A stretch of 20,000 bases of DNA, taken from the IMG/VR virus record IMGVR_UViG_3300031733_000001; one strand, written 5' to 3'. A model generated the notes under the pieces. It worked only from the letters and a program-made list of their open reading frames with translations, searched no databases and had not been told where the DNA came from. This stretch comes from an uncultured virus (IMG/VR IMGVR_UViG_3300031733_000001). Taxonomy: Duplodnaviria > Heunggongvirae > Uroviricota > Caudoviricetes. Both the position numbers and the translations under genes were made by a program. Positions 1 to 7,484 of this stretch are shown here, in pieces (the stretch's first letter is position 1; each line of letters begins with the position of its first letter).

Positions 1-145
1 AACGTGTTGGGGCAAAAGAAAACTGTCTGTCTCCCGCACCGACAGTTCTCTTGTTCACGCCTGATCTCCCACGCCTTTATAGAGGTGCAACCCTCACTTC
101 CAGCGCCGATCCCTCTCTCCAACCAGACCGCTAGCACTCCCTAAA

Positions 146-337
146 CTACAGGGAGGCCAGGCGCGCCTGGACCTCAGAGATCTGCTCCTCCAGGCGAGCA
201 GCCTGGTCGAGCAGTCCCTCCGCCCAATGGGTCTCCCCATCGACGGCCAGCACCCACTCGAAACGAGACCAGGTCTCGTCGAGCTGTGTCTGGAGGTCCT
301 CCAGCCGAGCCGACAGAACGAACTGTTGCTTGGTCAT
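146..337 (-). CDS. hypothetical coiled-coil protein (63 aa)
   Basis: ATG at 337 preceded by AGGAG; helical heptad-like sequence; AT-rich promoter-like region at about 400-460 upstream. Confidence 0.7.
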   Translation of the reverse strand: MTKQQFVLSARLEDLQTQLDETWSRFEWVLAVDGETHWAEGLLDQAARLEEQISEVQARLASL

Positions 338-498
338 GGAATCTCCTAGGAAATTCACCGGCTTAGCAGACCGGCTAGGTTCACCCGCCCAAAGGACAGA
401 TGTACTTCTTTCCCATCAAAATAGTTATATACACAAAATCATTATGTTTTTCACTTTGGACAGGTTTAATCACAGGAACGCATGTTCAGGAGTAAGGA

Positions 499-532
499 AG
501 GACCCTACGGGTCCTGGTGGCCCGGCCGGGCC
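499..532. terminator. GC-rich hairpins downstream of ORF 532..756
   Basis: AGGACCC-tac-GGGTCCT (499-515) and palindrome GGCCCGGCCGGGCC (519-532); no clear U-tract. Confidence 0.4.
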
Positions 533-756
533 TAGTTGGTGGGAGCCGTGAGGCGCTCTAGGAGCGCCCGTGCGGCCTCGGCCTCTCTAGATATCTCGGA
601 GATCCTGGGCAGCATTTCGGCGGCCTCTCTGGCCGCCTCCTTTGCCCTGGCGGGCTCTCTGAGCGCGAGCCGCCGTAGCTCATCGTTGCGGCGGAAGAGC
701 GTCTGCAGCTCGCAGGTCAAGATCTTGATGTGCTCTGACAGCTGGTCAGTGTCCAT
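532..756 (-). CDS. hypothetical coiled-coil protein (74 aa)
   Basis: ATG at 756 immediately after the upstream stop (758-760); MDTDQLSEHIK... Confidence 0.65.
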   Translation of the reverse strand: MDTDQLSEHIKILTCELQTLFRRNDELRRLALREPARAKEAAREAAEMLPRISEISREAEAARALLERLTAPTN

Positions 757-757
757 G

Positions 758-1330
758 TCAGTCAGAGACGACACAGTGCCCCGACCAGAAGTCGAAGGAT
801 TCTTTGGCTTTGGCACGGATTTCGTCCGAGCCCCAGACCATGGCCTCCTTGTTGCCGCCGGCAAGGTTGGCCACGAGCCGCCAAGGGGTCAGCGGCTCCA
901 TCTTCACGTGGCTGGCCAGGATGGCCACGATGACGTGGGTGCAGCTCATCTCCTCGATCCTGCGGGCCTCCCCCTCGTCGTTCTCCGCCTCCCTGCAGTC
1001 GGTGATGTACGCCTCCTTCGTGTAGACGATGGCAGCCAAAGTGACTGGCCGGAGAGCATGCCGGCGCTTGAGGAAGGGAACCACCCGCTCACGGTGGGCC
1101 CTCAGGACATAGTCGCTGGTGTCCAGGGTGCGCTTCCCTACCCCACCAGCCACGTAGGGGATGGCCTCGTCCAGGAAGATGAGGTGCTGCCCCTGAGCGC
1201 GGTCGTGGGTAGTGTCGTGTGCCTCGACCGCCTTGGCCAAGACGCCGAGAAAGCCCTCCGGCTCGACCACCTTGGTGCCGATGGTCTGAGCCTGGAAGGC
1301 TGAGCACACTTTGCTGATCGCAAACTTCAT
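758..1330 (-). CDS. hypothetical protein, possibly distantly DUF3228-like (190 aa)
   Basis: AAGGAGG RBS; C-terminal pattern PLTPWRLVANLAGGN...ESFDFWSGHCVV recalls DUF3228 (family call weak). Confidence 0.75.
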   Translation of the reverse strand: MKFAISKVCSAFQAQTIGTKVVEPEGFLGVLAKAVEAHDTTHDRAQGQHLIFLDEAIPYVAGGVGKRTLDTSDYVLRAHRERVVPFLKRRHALRPVTLAAIVYTKEAYITDCREAENDEGEARRIEEMSCTHVIVAILASHVKMEPLTPWRLVANLAGGNKEAMVWGSDEIRAKAKESFDFWSGHCVVSD

Positions 1331-1357
1331 TCAAGCCTCCTTTTCTGGTTCAGGGTT

Positions 1358-1382
1358 CTTATACCTGATCAAGGAGGTCTTT
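1358..1382 (-). promoter_or_regulatory. putative phage promoter AAA-N14-GGTATAAG
   Basis: CTTATACC at 1358-1365 and TTT at 1380-1382 on + strand; upstream of the RBS of 758..1330. Confidence 0.7.
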
Positions 1383-1593
1383 AGTCGCGTTTCCTCCTCC
1401 GCTTCTTGTGGTTGCCGTTGCCGCGGCCATTCCCCTTGGCCTCCTTCTCCGCCTTCTTCTTGGCGCGGCAGGGCTTGCACCGCTTGGGAGGGGAGAAGTC
1501 GTTGCCGAACTTCTCCTGGAAGAACTTCTGCTCGCCCTCGGTGAAGGTGAACTCGTCGCCGCAGTCGACGCACTTGATCTGCTCGTCAGGCAT
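1381..1593 (-). CDS. zinc-ribbon domain protein (zf-trcl-like, 70 aa)
   Basis: IKCVDCGDEFTFTEGEQKFF...PPKRCKPCR is the characteristic zf-trcl pattern; basic C-terminal tail. Confidence 0.9.
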   Translation of the reverse strand: MPDEQIKCVDCGDEFTFTEGEQKFFQEKFGNDFSPPKRCKPCRAKKKAEKEAKGNGRGNGNHKKRRRKRD

Positions 1594-1828
1594 CTCTCTT
1601 CTTCTCCTCGACCACTACCGTCACAGGTGTGGAGTACTTGTGGGCCATGTCGACCATGGCACGGTGAAGCTCAGATATGATCATGGGCAGCAGCTCGACG
1701 GAGACAGCTTTCGCCACAGCGTCGAGCTTGGCGTTGTTGATGAGTGGCCCTCCTATCCTCCCCATGCCCAGGTACTTGTGGAGGATGGCGCGGGTGGATT
1801 CGTACAGCGCATCGACGATGTGGAACAT
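1586..1828 (-). CDS. hypothetical protein (80 aa)
   Basis: ATG at 1828 overlaps the upstream TGA (TGATG coupling). Confidence 0.65.
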   Translation of the reverse strand: MFHIVDALYESTRAILHKYLGMGRIGGPLINNAKLDAVAKAVSVELLPMIISELHRAMVDMAHKYSTPVTVVVEEKKRDA

Positions 1829-2181
1829 CAGACCAGACCCTTCTGCTCCGCGATCCACTGGGTCATGATGATCGTGCCCTCGTCTCCTTTCCCGGAGTCG
1901 GGGGTGACGTCGCCGCCGTGTCGGATCTGACTGAGGGGGATCCAGTACTCGTCTCCTTCGATCTCGCACAGCAGTGCCTTGTTGGTGGCTTGCTTCACGA
2001 ACGCCTCGGCCTCATACGTTTCGTCGTCCACCTTTCCTCCTTTCTTCACTGGCGTCGGCTTGGGCGCCAGTGGGGAATCGGGGGAGATGGGCCTGCCGTT
2101 CTTGATCAGCCCCTCCTCCCACAGTTCATCGAATTTGCGCTCCATCGCCTCCTCGTACCCATCGTCAGAACGGAATGTCAT
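1828..2181 (-). CDS. hypothetical phage protein; alternative in-frame GTG start at 2031
   Basis: ATG 2181 follows GAGGAAG; internal AAAGGAGG-aaag-GTG at 2031 precedes a TNKALL...WIPLSQI domain. Confidence 0.65.
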   Translation of the reverse strand: MTFRSDDGYEEAMERKFDELWEEGLIKNGRPISPDSPLAPKPTPVKKGGKVDDETYEAEAFVKQATNKALLCEIEGDEYWIPLSQIRHGGDVTPDSGKGDEGTIIMTQWIAEQKGLV

Positions 2182-2407
2182 CGTCTTCCTCATCGTACTG
2201 TGGTGCTACTTTACCTTGCGGATCTTCGACCGGGTAGAGGCTGAGGTAGTGGTCGTGACAGTCACGGTGACTGATGACTGCCCCTGGGCTGAGCTTGATC
2301 GAGATCCACCCTTGGGCGTTTTGCCAGCCGACCCCGACTTTCGTTTTGCTCTTCGTGTTGCCTTTTTCCGCGAGGACGAGGCGGTGCGTTGGGAGCGAAC
2401 CTGCCAC
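2165..2407 (-). CDS. small protein with SSB-type acidic C-terminal tail (80 aa), candidate ssDNA-binding protein
   Basis: AAAGGAG RBS and GTG at 2407; beta-rich core KVGVGWQNAQGWISIKL; ends DEEDDDIPF. Confidence 0.75.
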   Translation of the reverse strand: MAGSLPTHRLVLAEKGNTKSKTKVGVGWQNAQGWISIKLSPGAVISHRDCHDHYLSLYPVEDPQGKVAPQYDEEDDDIPF

Positions 2408-2793
2408 GTGTCTTCTCCTTTCTCCAGAAAGTGATTCCACCGTCGGAGGAACTCGTCCCACTTGGGTGAAACCCGGTAGAGCTGCTGGTGGGCCGTATCC
2501 TTGTCGGTGTAGGACCAGTTGGTCTTGCCGTTCACGCGCATGTCATGGTTGGCCTCGGGCAGCCCCTTCGAGTAGCCCTGCTTCTCGTAGATCTTCTTCT
2601 TGTTCCAGAGGTGGTACACCTTCTCGATGTACCCCTCGTTGTACAGCATGGTGAGGATGCGGGAGACCGTGCCGTAGGGGATGTTGATCATCAAGGCCAA
2701 TCCCAGACGATCGAAGTGGCTCATCATGTGGACGTGCCTGATCACAGCCCTGAAGTTTGCCGATGCGCTAAGTCGGAGTGGTGTCGCGCCCAT
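2206..2793 (-). CDS. winged-helix-like DNA-binding protein with basic low-complexity tail (195 aa)
   Basis: AAGGAGG RBS, ATG at 2793; LALMINIPYGTVSRILTMLYNEGYIEK is a wHTH-like pattern. Confidence 0.7.
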   Translation of the reverse strand: MGATPLRLSASANFRAVIRHVHMMSHFDRLGLALMINIPYGTVSRILTMLYNEGYIEKVYHLWNKKKIYEKQGYSKGLPEANHDMRVNGKTNWSYTDKDTAHQQLYRVSPKWDEFLRRWNHFLEKGEDTWQVRSQRTASSSRKKATRRAKRKSGSAGKTPKGGSRSSSAQGQSSVTVTVTTTTSASTRSKIRKVK

Positions 2794-3058
2794 GTCTTGT
2801 TGCCTCCTTGCCCTCCTCGTAGGCCTGTTCTGCAAGATCGAAGCAGGTGTCGCACTCACCTGCCTTGTGCCCGTGTGGGCACCTCTGTGCGGTGTAGATG
2901 TGCTCGCCGCTGTCGAGGTACAGGGCGAACTCCTTGTCGAACTTGGGGTCTTTGCCTCGGACGAAGGATTGGAGGGCACGGAAGGAGAAGCTGTTGGAGC
3001 CTCCTCTCTTCCAGCCCATCAGGCCTTCTATCCTTGCCCTGATGATGTCTTCGGTCAT
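2768..3058 (-). CDS. hypothetical protein with Cys/His motif (96 aa)
   Basis: AAGGAGG upstream; CPHGHKAGECDTC motif. Confidence 0.7.
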   Translation of the reverse strand: MTEDIIRARIEGLMGWKRGGSNSFSFRALQSFVRGKDPKFDKEFALYLDSGEHIYTAQRCPHGHKAGECDTCFDLAEQAYEEGKEATRHGRDTTPT

Positions 3059-3099
3059 TGGGTGTGGGCTACCTCCTTCCCTTGATCACTAGTGAAACT

Positions 3100-3124
3100 C
3101 TTATACCAGCGAAGGAGATCGTTT
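3100..3124 (-). promoter_or_regulatory. putative phage promoter AAA-N14-GGTATAAG
   Basis: CTTATACC 3100-3107, TTT 3122-3124; intergenic, upstream of an RBS. Confidence 0.7.
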
Positions 3125-3163
3125 GTGGGGTAGAGAAATGCCGGATGGAGGGGTTGGCTCCGG

Positions 3164-3616
3164 CTACCGATTGGCGAGGGCGTTAGCGATGCGAGAGTAG
3201 AGCCACCAGCTGAAATGCCCGTCGTGCTTGGGATCCCAGCCGTCTTCTCTCGCCGAAGCGACGAGGTCTGCCCAGGCGTCTAGACTCGACACCTGCCTCA
3301 CCCTTGCGGTGAAGTCGCAGACCCTTCGCATGAGGTCGTTGTTCTCGTCCTCGAGCTTGTCGCTCTTGGCCGGGTCCGTTGACTCATCCATCGCCGCATC
3401 CTCGCGGTAGAGGTAGTCCCCCCAGCTCATCGCCGGGAGGACCGGGGTGACCTCCACGGGGATGACGATCTCGATGTCCTGGTCCACGTCCAGGTCCACA
3501 AGACCGTAGTCATCCCCGCGGATGGGGCCGAGTCCATCCTGCAGTGCCCGGACAAGCTTCCATCCCTTGACGGGCTGGCAGACTTCCCGGGCACTGCAGA
3601 CGCACTGGTCACACAC
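3164..3616 (-). CDS. hypothetical protein (150 aa)
   Basis: AAGGAGG before GTG at 3616; overlaps the upstream stop; followed by a GCCGGA...TCCGGC hairpin. Confidence 0.75.
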   Translation of the reverse strand: MCDQCVCSAREVCQPVKGWKLVRALQDGLGPIRGDDYGLVDLDVDQDIEIVIPVEVTPVLPAMSWGDYLYREDAAMDESTDPAKSDKLEDENNDLMRRVCDFTARVRQVSSLDAWADLVASAREDGWDPKHDGHFSWWLYSRIANALANR

Positions 3617-4163
3617 GTTCCACCTCCTTGAAGAAGCCCGCGACCTTCTTCCAGTTCACCGTGACCTGAGTCGTGAGGTGCGGGCTCACGAACTCAAAAC
3701 GGGCAGTGTCGAGCCCGTCGTGTGGGTGGACGTCGAGAATGATCTCGGACTTGTAGGATAGCGCATCGGCCACGATCTTCTCCAGCGAGTGGAGAATGTC
3801 GTGGCGGTTGTCGTAGACACTCTGGAGGGAGATGAAGATGTTCGGCATCTCCTCCACCACATCCTCCATCTCCACCAGCAGGTCTGGTCCGACGGTGTGG
3901 ATGTAGAGGTGAGGCACAAAGGCCCCATCCTTGTCCCGGTGGATGACGATGCTGAAGCTCACATCCAGATCTGCGTCGGGGATGTAGGTCTTCTCCATGT
4001 CGTTCGACCGGATGGTGATCTTCGGGATGTTGTTCTCCACCCCGTGATCTGCTCCGTAGTGGTAGCAGTGACCCGGCTTGGTCAGCTGCCTATCGAAGAG
4101 GTTGATCGTGTAGACGGCTTTGTGGCCGTCCGACTCCTGCAGCTGCCAGTTGTAAAGTGGCAT
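3609..4163 (-). CDS. hypothetical protein (184 aa)
   Basis: AAAGGAG RBS and ATG at 4163 (MPLYNWQ...); the longer ORF-track start runs through the promoter region. Confidence 0.75.
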   Translation of the reverse strand: MPLYNWQLQESDGHKAVYTINLFDRQLTKPGHCYHYGADHGVENNIPKITIRSNDMEKTYIPDADLDVSFSIVIHRDKDGAFVPHLYIHTVGPDLLVEMEDVVEEMPNIFISLQSVYDNRHDILHSLEKIVADALSYKSEIILDVHPHDGLDTARFEFVSPHLTTQVTVNWKKVAGFFKEVERV

Positions 4164-4214
4164 GCTCGCTCCTTTCCGGGGAGAAAGAGGACTCTCATTT
4201 CCATCCTCACAATA

Positions 4215-4254
4215 CTTATCCCCCCTTCCAGGACGCTTTTTCGTCTGGTACCCT
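4215..4254. promoter_or_regulatory. divergent promoter pair: minus AAA-N14-GGGATAAG and plus TTCCAG-N17-TACCCT
   Basis: CTTATCCC 4215-4222 with T-run 4237-4241; TTCCAG 4226-4231 and TACCCT 4249-4254. Confidence 0.55.
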
Positions 4255-4260
4255 GGCAGT

Positions 4261-4452
4261 GTGAATGCGGTGCAGAAACTGGAGCAATTCAAGGCCTTGC
4301 GGGCCAGACAGAAGTGCCCGGTCTGTGGTAAGCTGATCGCACAGCACTGCATACAGGGCTATCTTCGGTGCCAGAACGTGCTGGAGAACAACGTGCGGCT
4401 AGAATGCCGGAACGGAGGAGATGATGGCCACGGGAATGGTCACGTTCAATGA
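4261..4452 (+). CDS. small Cys-containing hypothetical protein (63 aa), possibly leaderless
   Basis: GTG at 4261 lies 7 nt after the putative -10; CPVC...HC...C motif; no RBS. Confidence 0.5.
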   Translation: MNAVQKLEQFKALRARQKCPVCGKLIAQHCIQGYLRCQNVLENNVRLECRNGGDDGHGNGHVQ

Positions 4453-4705
4453 AGACAAGGACGCTGACACCTACCAGGTCCTTTATGAGAGCGGCTCGAA
4501 GAGCGAGTATGCCAAGAAGCACCTGCTGGAGATCGTGATCGCCTCGGCAGCCAGCGCCGGTGTTCCGATCGCCGCCACGCTCAACGTCCCGGATGGTGTC
4601 CCCGCCGACATCGTGGACAGTGCCGACGAGTTCGAGTTCTCGATGCGTGACGACAACCGCGGAGGCTACCACCGGTATCTCGGCGGCAGTGCGGTCGTGG
4701 ACTAA
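4421..4705 (+). CDS. acidic hypothetical protein (94 aa)
   Basis: GGAGGAG RBS at about 4413; GC3-biased codons; followed by a hairpin. Confidence 0.75.
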   Translation: MMATGMVTFNEDKDADTYQVLYESGSKSEYAKKHLLEIVIASAASAGVPIAATLNVPDGVPADIVDSADEFEFSMRDDNRGGYHRYLGGSAVVD

Positions 4706-4724
4706 AGAAGGGCCAAGCCCTTCT
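4706..4724. terminator. hairpin between convergent genes
   Basis: AGAAGGGC-caa-GCCCTTCT between the stops at 4705 (+) and 4723 (-). Confidence 0.6.
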
Positions 4725-5118
4725 AGAAGAGATTCTGCTGGCCGGTAGGCTCAATCCACCTGAACAAGATCGGGGCGTGATCTGTGAAGGCAACTCTGCC
4801 CTCCATGCAGAGGTCCCAGAGCGCCGTTTCGATCTTCGTCCCGCCGAGTAGGTCTGCGGTCTTGTCCCACAGCTCCACTCCGATGCGGTTGAACGTGCGG
4901 GGCTCCCCGTCGCTCAGGTGGTTGATGATGATCCTCTTGATTCTGAGGATGTCCATCTTGGCTATGGTGTGGTGGGGCGCCATATCCGGCTGGCGCCCGT
5001 TGGGATGGGCTTCGCGTGGCATGCGCTCCGGATCGTCCTCGCCACGGATCATGATAGTGTACTTCGCCATCGGGTGGGCATCGTAGTTGGGTCTACACTT
5101 CGTCCACCATTCCATCAC
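4723..5118 (-). CDS. hypothetical protein with C-terminal wHTH-like segment (131 aa)
   Basis: GGAGGA RBS, GTGA overlap; IINHLSDGEPRTFNRIG...ALWDLCMEGRV pattern. Confidence 0.7.
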   Translation of the reverse strand: MMEWWTKCRPNYDAHPMAKYTIMIRGEDDPERMPREAHPNGRQPDMAPHHTIAKMDILRIKRIIINHLSDGEPRTFNRIGVELWDKTADLLGGTKIETALWDLCMEGRVAFTDHAPILFRWIEPTGQQNLF

Positions 5119-5756
5119 TCCTCCAGCTTGACGGAGAGTCCGACCTTCACCTCCTTCAGCTCCACCTTGAACACCTTGATGTCCCCAAGTGGGACACCCT
5201 CTTGGATCTTGGTGAGGATCTCTCCGTGCACCTCATGCTTGCCCAACCACTTCTCCTTGGTGCCATCGCCGTTCTTCCAGCGCATGAGCAGCTTGGAGGT
5301 GTCCTGGTGGATGGGCTCAGGTTCGGGCTCCTTCCTGGGAACAGTGGGCACCTGCTTCAATGCCTCCGCCCCCGGGACATCAGCCATGCTGCCCAGCCTC
5401 TGTCCGACGTTCCACTTATCGAACATGCTCTTGTCGAAGACGGTATGTACCAGGTACTTGTACTTCCCATCGGCTGCACCCTCCTCGATGAGAGCCCAAA
5501 CCGGCTCCAGTCCCTCTCCGGCTACACGGATCACGAATTCCGTGTCCGGGTCTCCCTTGCTCTTCGTGTTGGGGTAAATCTGTTCACCACCTCGTAGAGC
5601 CACGCAGATCTCCCGCCGCAAGTCTTCTAGCGCCCTCTCCAGTGGGTAGGAGGGAGGCAAACCTGCACGCTCTTTGTACTGCCCAGCTGCGTGAGGCATC
5701 TTGATGAATATTCGATCTTCCAGTCCGGGTGGCCAGTATCGTCTACTCCGGCTCAT
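5115..5756 (-). CDS. hypothetical protein (213 aa)
   Basis: GAGGAGG RBS at suitable spacing to ATG 5756. Confidence 0.75.
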   Translation of the reverse strand: MSRSRRYWPPGLEDRIFIKMPHAAGQYKERAGLPPSYPLERALEDLRREICVALRGGEQIYPNTKSKGDPDTEFVIRVAGEGLEPVWALIEEGAADGKYKYLVHTVFDKSMFDKWNVGQRLGSMADVPGAEALKQVPTVPRKEPEPEPIHQDTSKLLMRWKNGDGTKEKWLGKHEVHGEILTKIQEGVPLGDIKVFKVELKEVKVGLSVKLEE

Positions 5757-6009
5757 TGCGTGCATCCTCCTCGTTGTCCAGGAAAGCCCTCACGTCCTGG
5801 ATGTTATTCTTGACCCCGACCAGCTCGGGGCGGCTGTCGGGACCTGGGTGCTCCAGGATGACATACGCCTGGTTCACCGGGCTCCACAACACCTCGAACC
5901 CCATGTCCCGAGCACGAACGATGACCCCTTCGGGTCCGCGCCCGGCCTCCTTGCAGGGACCACACAGAATGCCAAACGTCCCTCGACCACACACACGACA
6001 CTTGGGCAT
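5743..6009 (-). CDS. small zinc-finger protein (88 aa)
   Basis: AAAGGAG RBS; CRVC-x8-CGPC at the N-terminus. Confidence 0.75.
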   Translation of the reverse strand: MPKCRVCGRGTFGILCGPCKEAGRGPEGVIVRARDMGFEVLWSPVNQAYVILEHPGPDSRPELVGVKNNIQDVRAFLDNEEDARNEPE

Positions 6010-6038
6010 GAGCTACATCTCCTTTCTCCTGTATTGCT

Positions 6039-6046
6039 CTTATACC
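6039..6046 (-). promoter_or_regulatory. putative phage promoter core GGTATAAG
   Basis: CTTATACC 6039-6046, intergenic, upstream of an RBS; lacks the upstream AAA at the usual spacing. Confidence 0.65.
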
Positions 6047-6083
6047 GTTGTTTGTGAGCTAAGGAATGGAGGTGATCAGCCTC

Positions 6084-6596
6084 CTAGTAGAGCGCGCAGG
6101 AGCTGTCGTCGTGTGGGTAGTGGCCCATCACGAGATCGCCCTTGCGGTTGATGATCCCCGTGATCCAGCCGCCCCAGCGACTCTCACGGTGGAACATGAT
6201 CTTCTCCCCGGTGGGGAGCGTGGCGATGAAGTCTCTGTACTCGTTGGCGTCTCGATTGGGCACGACCTTCGTGCCCTCCGGCAGCACGATGTCGCAGACG
6301 TGGGTCTTGCTGCGCCCATCGAACGCCTCCCAGAGGTCACCCTCCCCCTCGTATCGGGCACCGATTCTGGTGAGGTAGGACTTCTCTCTGGTGTCGAACT
6401 CCATGCTCCACAGCTCGTTGTCACAGGGCTTGATCCACTCCAGGTTGCACCAGTAGAGGAACAGCTCTGTGTCATCACTGCTGCGGATCACGGATACTCC
6501 ACGATCACAGGCGCCATCGAAGATGCCTGTTTCCGGTAGCAGCTCGTCCTCGAGCTTCCACCGGAGCTGCCGTGCCTTGATGTTCACAGGATCCAT
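6084..6596 (-). CDS. hypothetical protein (170 aa)
   Basis: AAAGGAG RBS, ATG at 6596. Confidence 0.8.
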   Translation of the reverse strand: MDPVNIKARQLRWKLEDELLPETGIFDGACDRGVSVIRSSDDTELFLYWCNLEWIKPCDNELWSMEFDTREKSYLTRIGARYEGEGDLWEAFDGRSKTHVCDIVLPEGTKVVPNRDANEYRDFIATLPTGEKIMFHRESRWGGWITGIINRKGDLVMGHYPHDDSSCALY

Positions 6597-6617
6597 AATG
6601 TCTCCTTTCCTACTATT

Positions 6618-6678
6618 CTTATGCCCCGAGGACCCTACGATTTTCGATCTTGACAGCAGTGATCATCGCTGAGATGGT
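6618..6678. promoter_or_regulatory. divergent promoter pair: minus AAAA-N15-GGCATAAG and plus TTGACA-N17-GATGGT
   Basis: CTTATGCC 6618-6625, TTTT 6641-6644; TTGACA 6650-6655, GATGGT 6673-6678. Confidence 0.6.
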
Positions 6679-6701
6679 AGCAGCACAACGTGGAGGATCA
6701 A

Positions 6702-7163
6702 ATGATCACAGAGGCCGACATCAACAACTGGTTCGAGTACCACAAACCGAGTGAGAGTCAGCTCCCTCTCTACTCCAAGCTGCGGGAGGCAGCCAAGTCA
6801 TTCGCCCAAGTGGTGATGGAATGCACGCCACCCAGCCCAGATCAGACCACCGCCATCCGCAAGATCCGCGAGGCGGTCATGACCGCCAACGCCGCCATCG
6901 CCTGTGACCAGCTGCGCATCGACATCGAGGAAGTCGCTGGCGTGGTCACCTTCAGGTCCTACTGGCGCACATCCGAGCAGGACAACATGATCGGCAAGTA
7001 CGATCTCTCCAAGATGGAGATTATGGCGGTGGGCAACGTGCGGAAGCTGCTGCACACCTTCGTGAAGCAGACGGTGGGCATCATCGACAACCACCAGGTG
7101 CGGGAGGAGCGTGTGTGGAAGGCGGTCGAGCAGGCGTGTCACTCCAAGAGCCTTTCCTGGTGA
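6702..7163 (+). CDS. Acb2/Tad1-like hairpin-domain protein (candidate immune-signal sponge) with C-terminal extension (153 aa)
   Basis: GGAGG RBS then ATG 6702; NNWFEYHKP...Y..LREAAK.FA......PPSPDQTTAIRKIREAVMTANAAIA matches the family pattern F.YH.P...R....A...P.S....A..k..ea.m.ANaaIA as recalled. Confidence 0.65.
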   Translation: MITEADINNWFEYHKPSESQLPLYSKLREAAKSFAQVVMECTPPSPDQTTAIRKIREAVMTANAAIACDQLRIDIEEVAGVVTFRSYWRTSEQDNMIGKYDLSKMEIMAVGNVRKLLHTFVKQTVGIIDNHQVREERVWKAVEQACHSKSLSW

Positions 7164-7339
7164 GTAAGTACTACTACATGAGTCTCACGGACGATGAGCT
7201 GGAGGAGCGCAAGAAGTTGGAGGAGCGCCGTTCCGTCAGAGCTATCCGTCCACAAGATCGAGCCATCGCCGCCAAGAACGTCGAGGCCATCATCGCAGAG
7301 CAGGCCAGGCGCTTCGAGGAGAAGCATGGGCTAAAGTAA
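7160..7339 (+). CDS. small charged helical protein (59 aa)
   Basis: GTG 7160 overlaps the upstream TGA (GTGA). Confidence 0.6.
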   Translation: MSKYYYMSLTDDELEERKKLEERRSVRAIRPQDRAIAAKNVEAIIAEQARRFEEKHGLK

Positions 7340-7364
7340 GGGGACCAGGTGCACCTGGTCCCCT
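7339..7364. terminator. perfect 26-bp palindrome at a convergent junction
   Basis: AGGGGACCAGGTGCACCTGGTCCCCT is its own reverse complement. Confidence 0.65.
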
Positions 7365-7484
7365 ACTCTCCCGCTCACCTCCTTGAGGGGTTGTCGGTTG
7401 GGGCGCTCATTCATAGGAGGTCGCCCAGGCTCCTCAGCCGATCCACTGGTGGGTTAGCCAGCCTCCTTGTTTTGGTCCAGGGTA

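Noticed and set aside
16..52. Inverted repeat AACTGTC...GACAGTT near the window start
   Set aside because: Large loop and missing downstream context; cannot be assigned as terminator or RNA gene
536..1303. 255-aa plus ORF and similar antisense ORFs (10022..10777, 14588..15451, 16679..17749)
   Set aside because: They mirror well-supported minus genes and show shadow-frame amino acid composition
499..6639. Shared intergenic 11-mer AGGACCCTACG at 499-509 and 6629-6639
   Set aside because: Only two copies in different contexts; compatible with chance
7415..7445. Hammerhead-like CUGAGGA followed by a short stem on the minus strand
   Set aside because: The required GAAA after stem II is absent (reads GACC)
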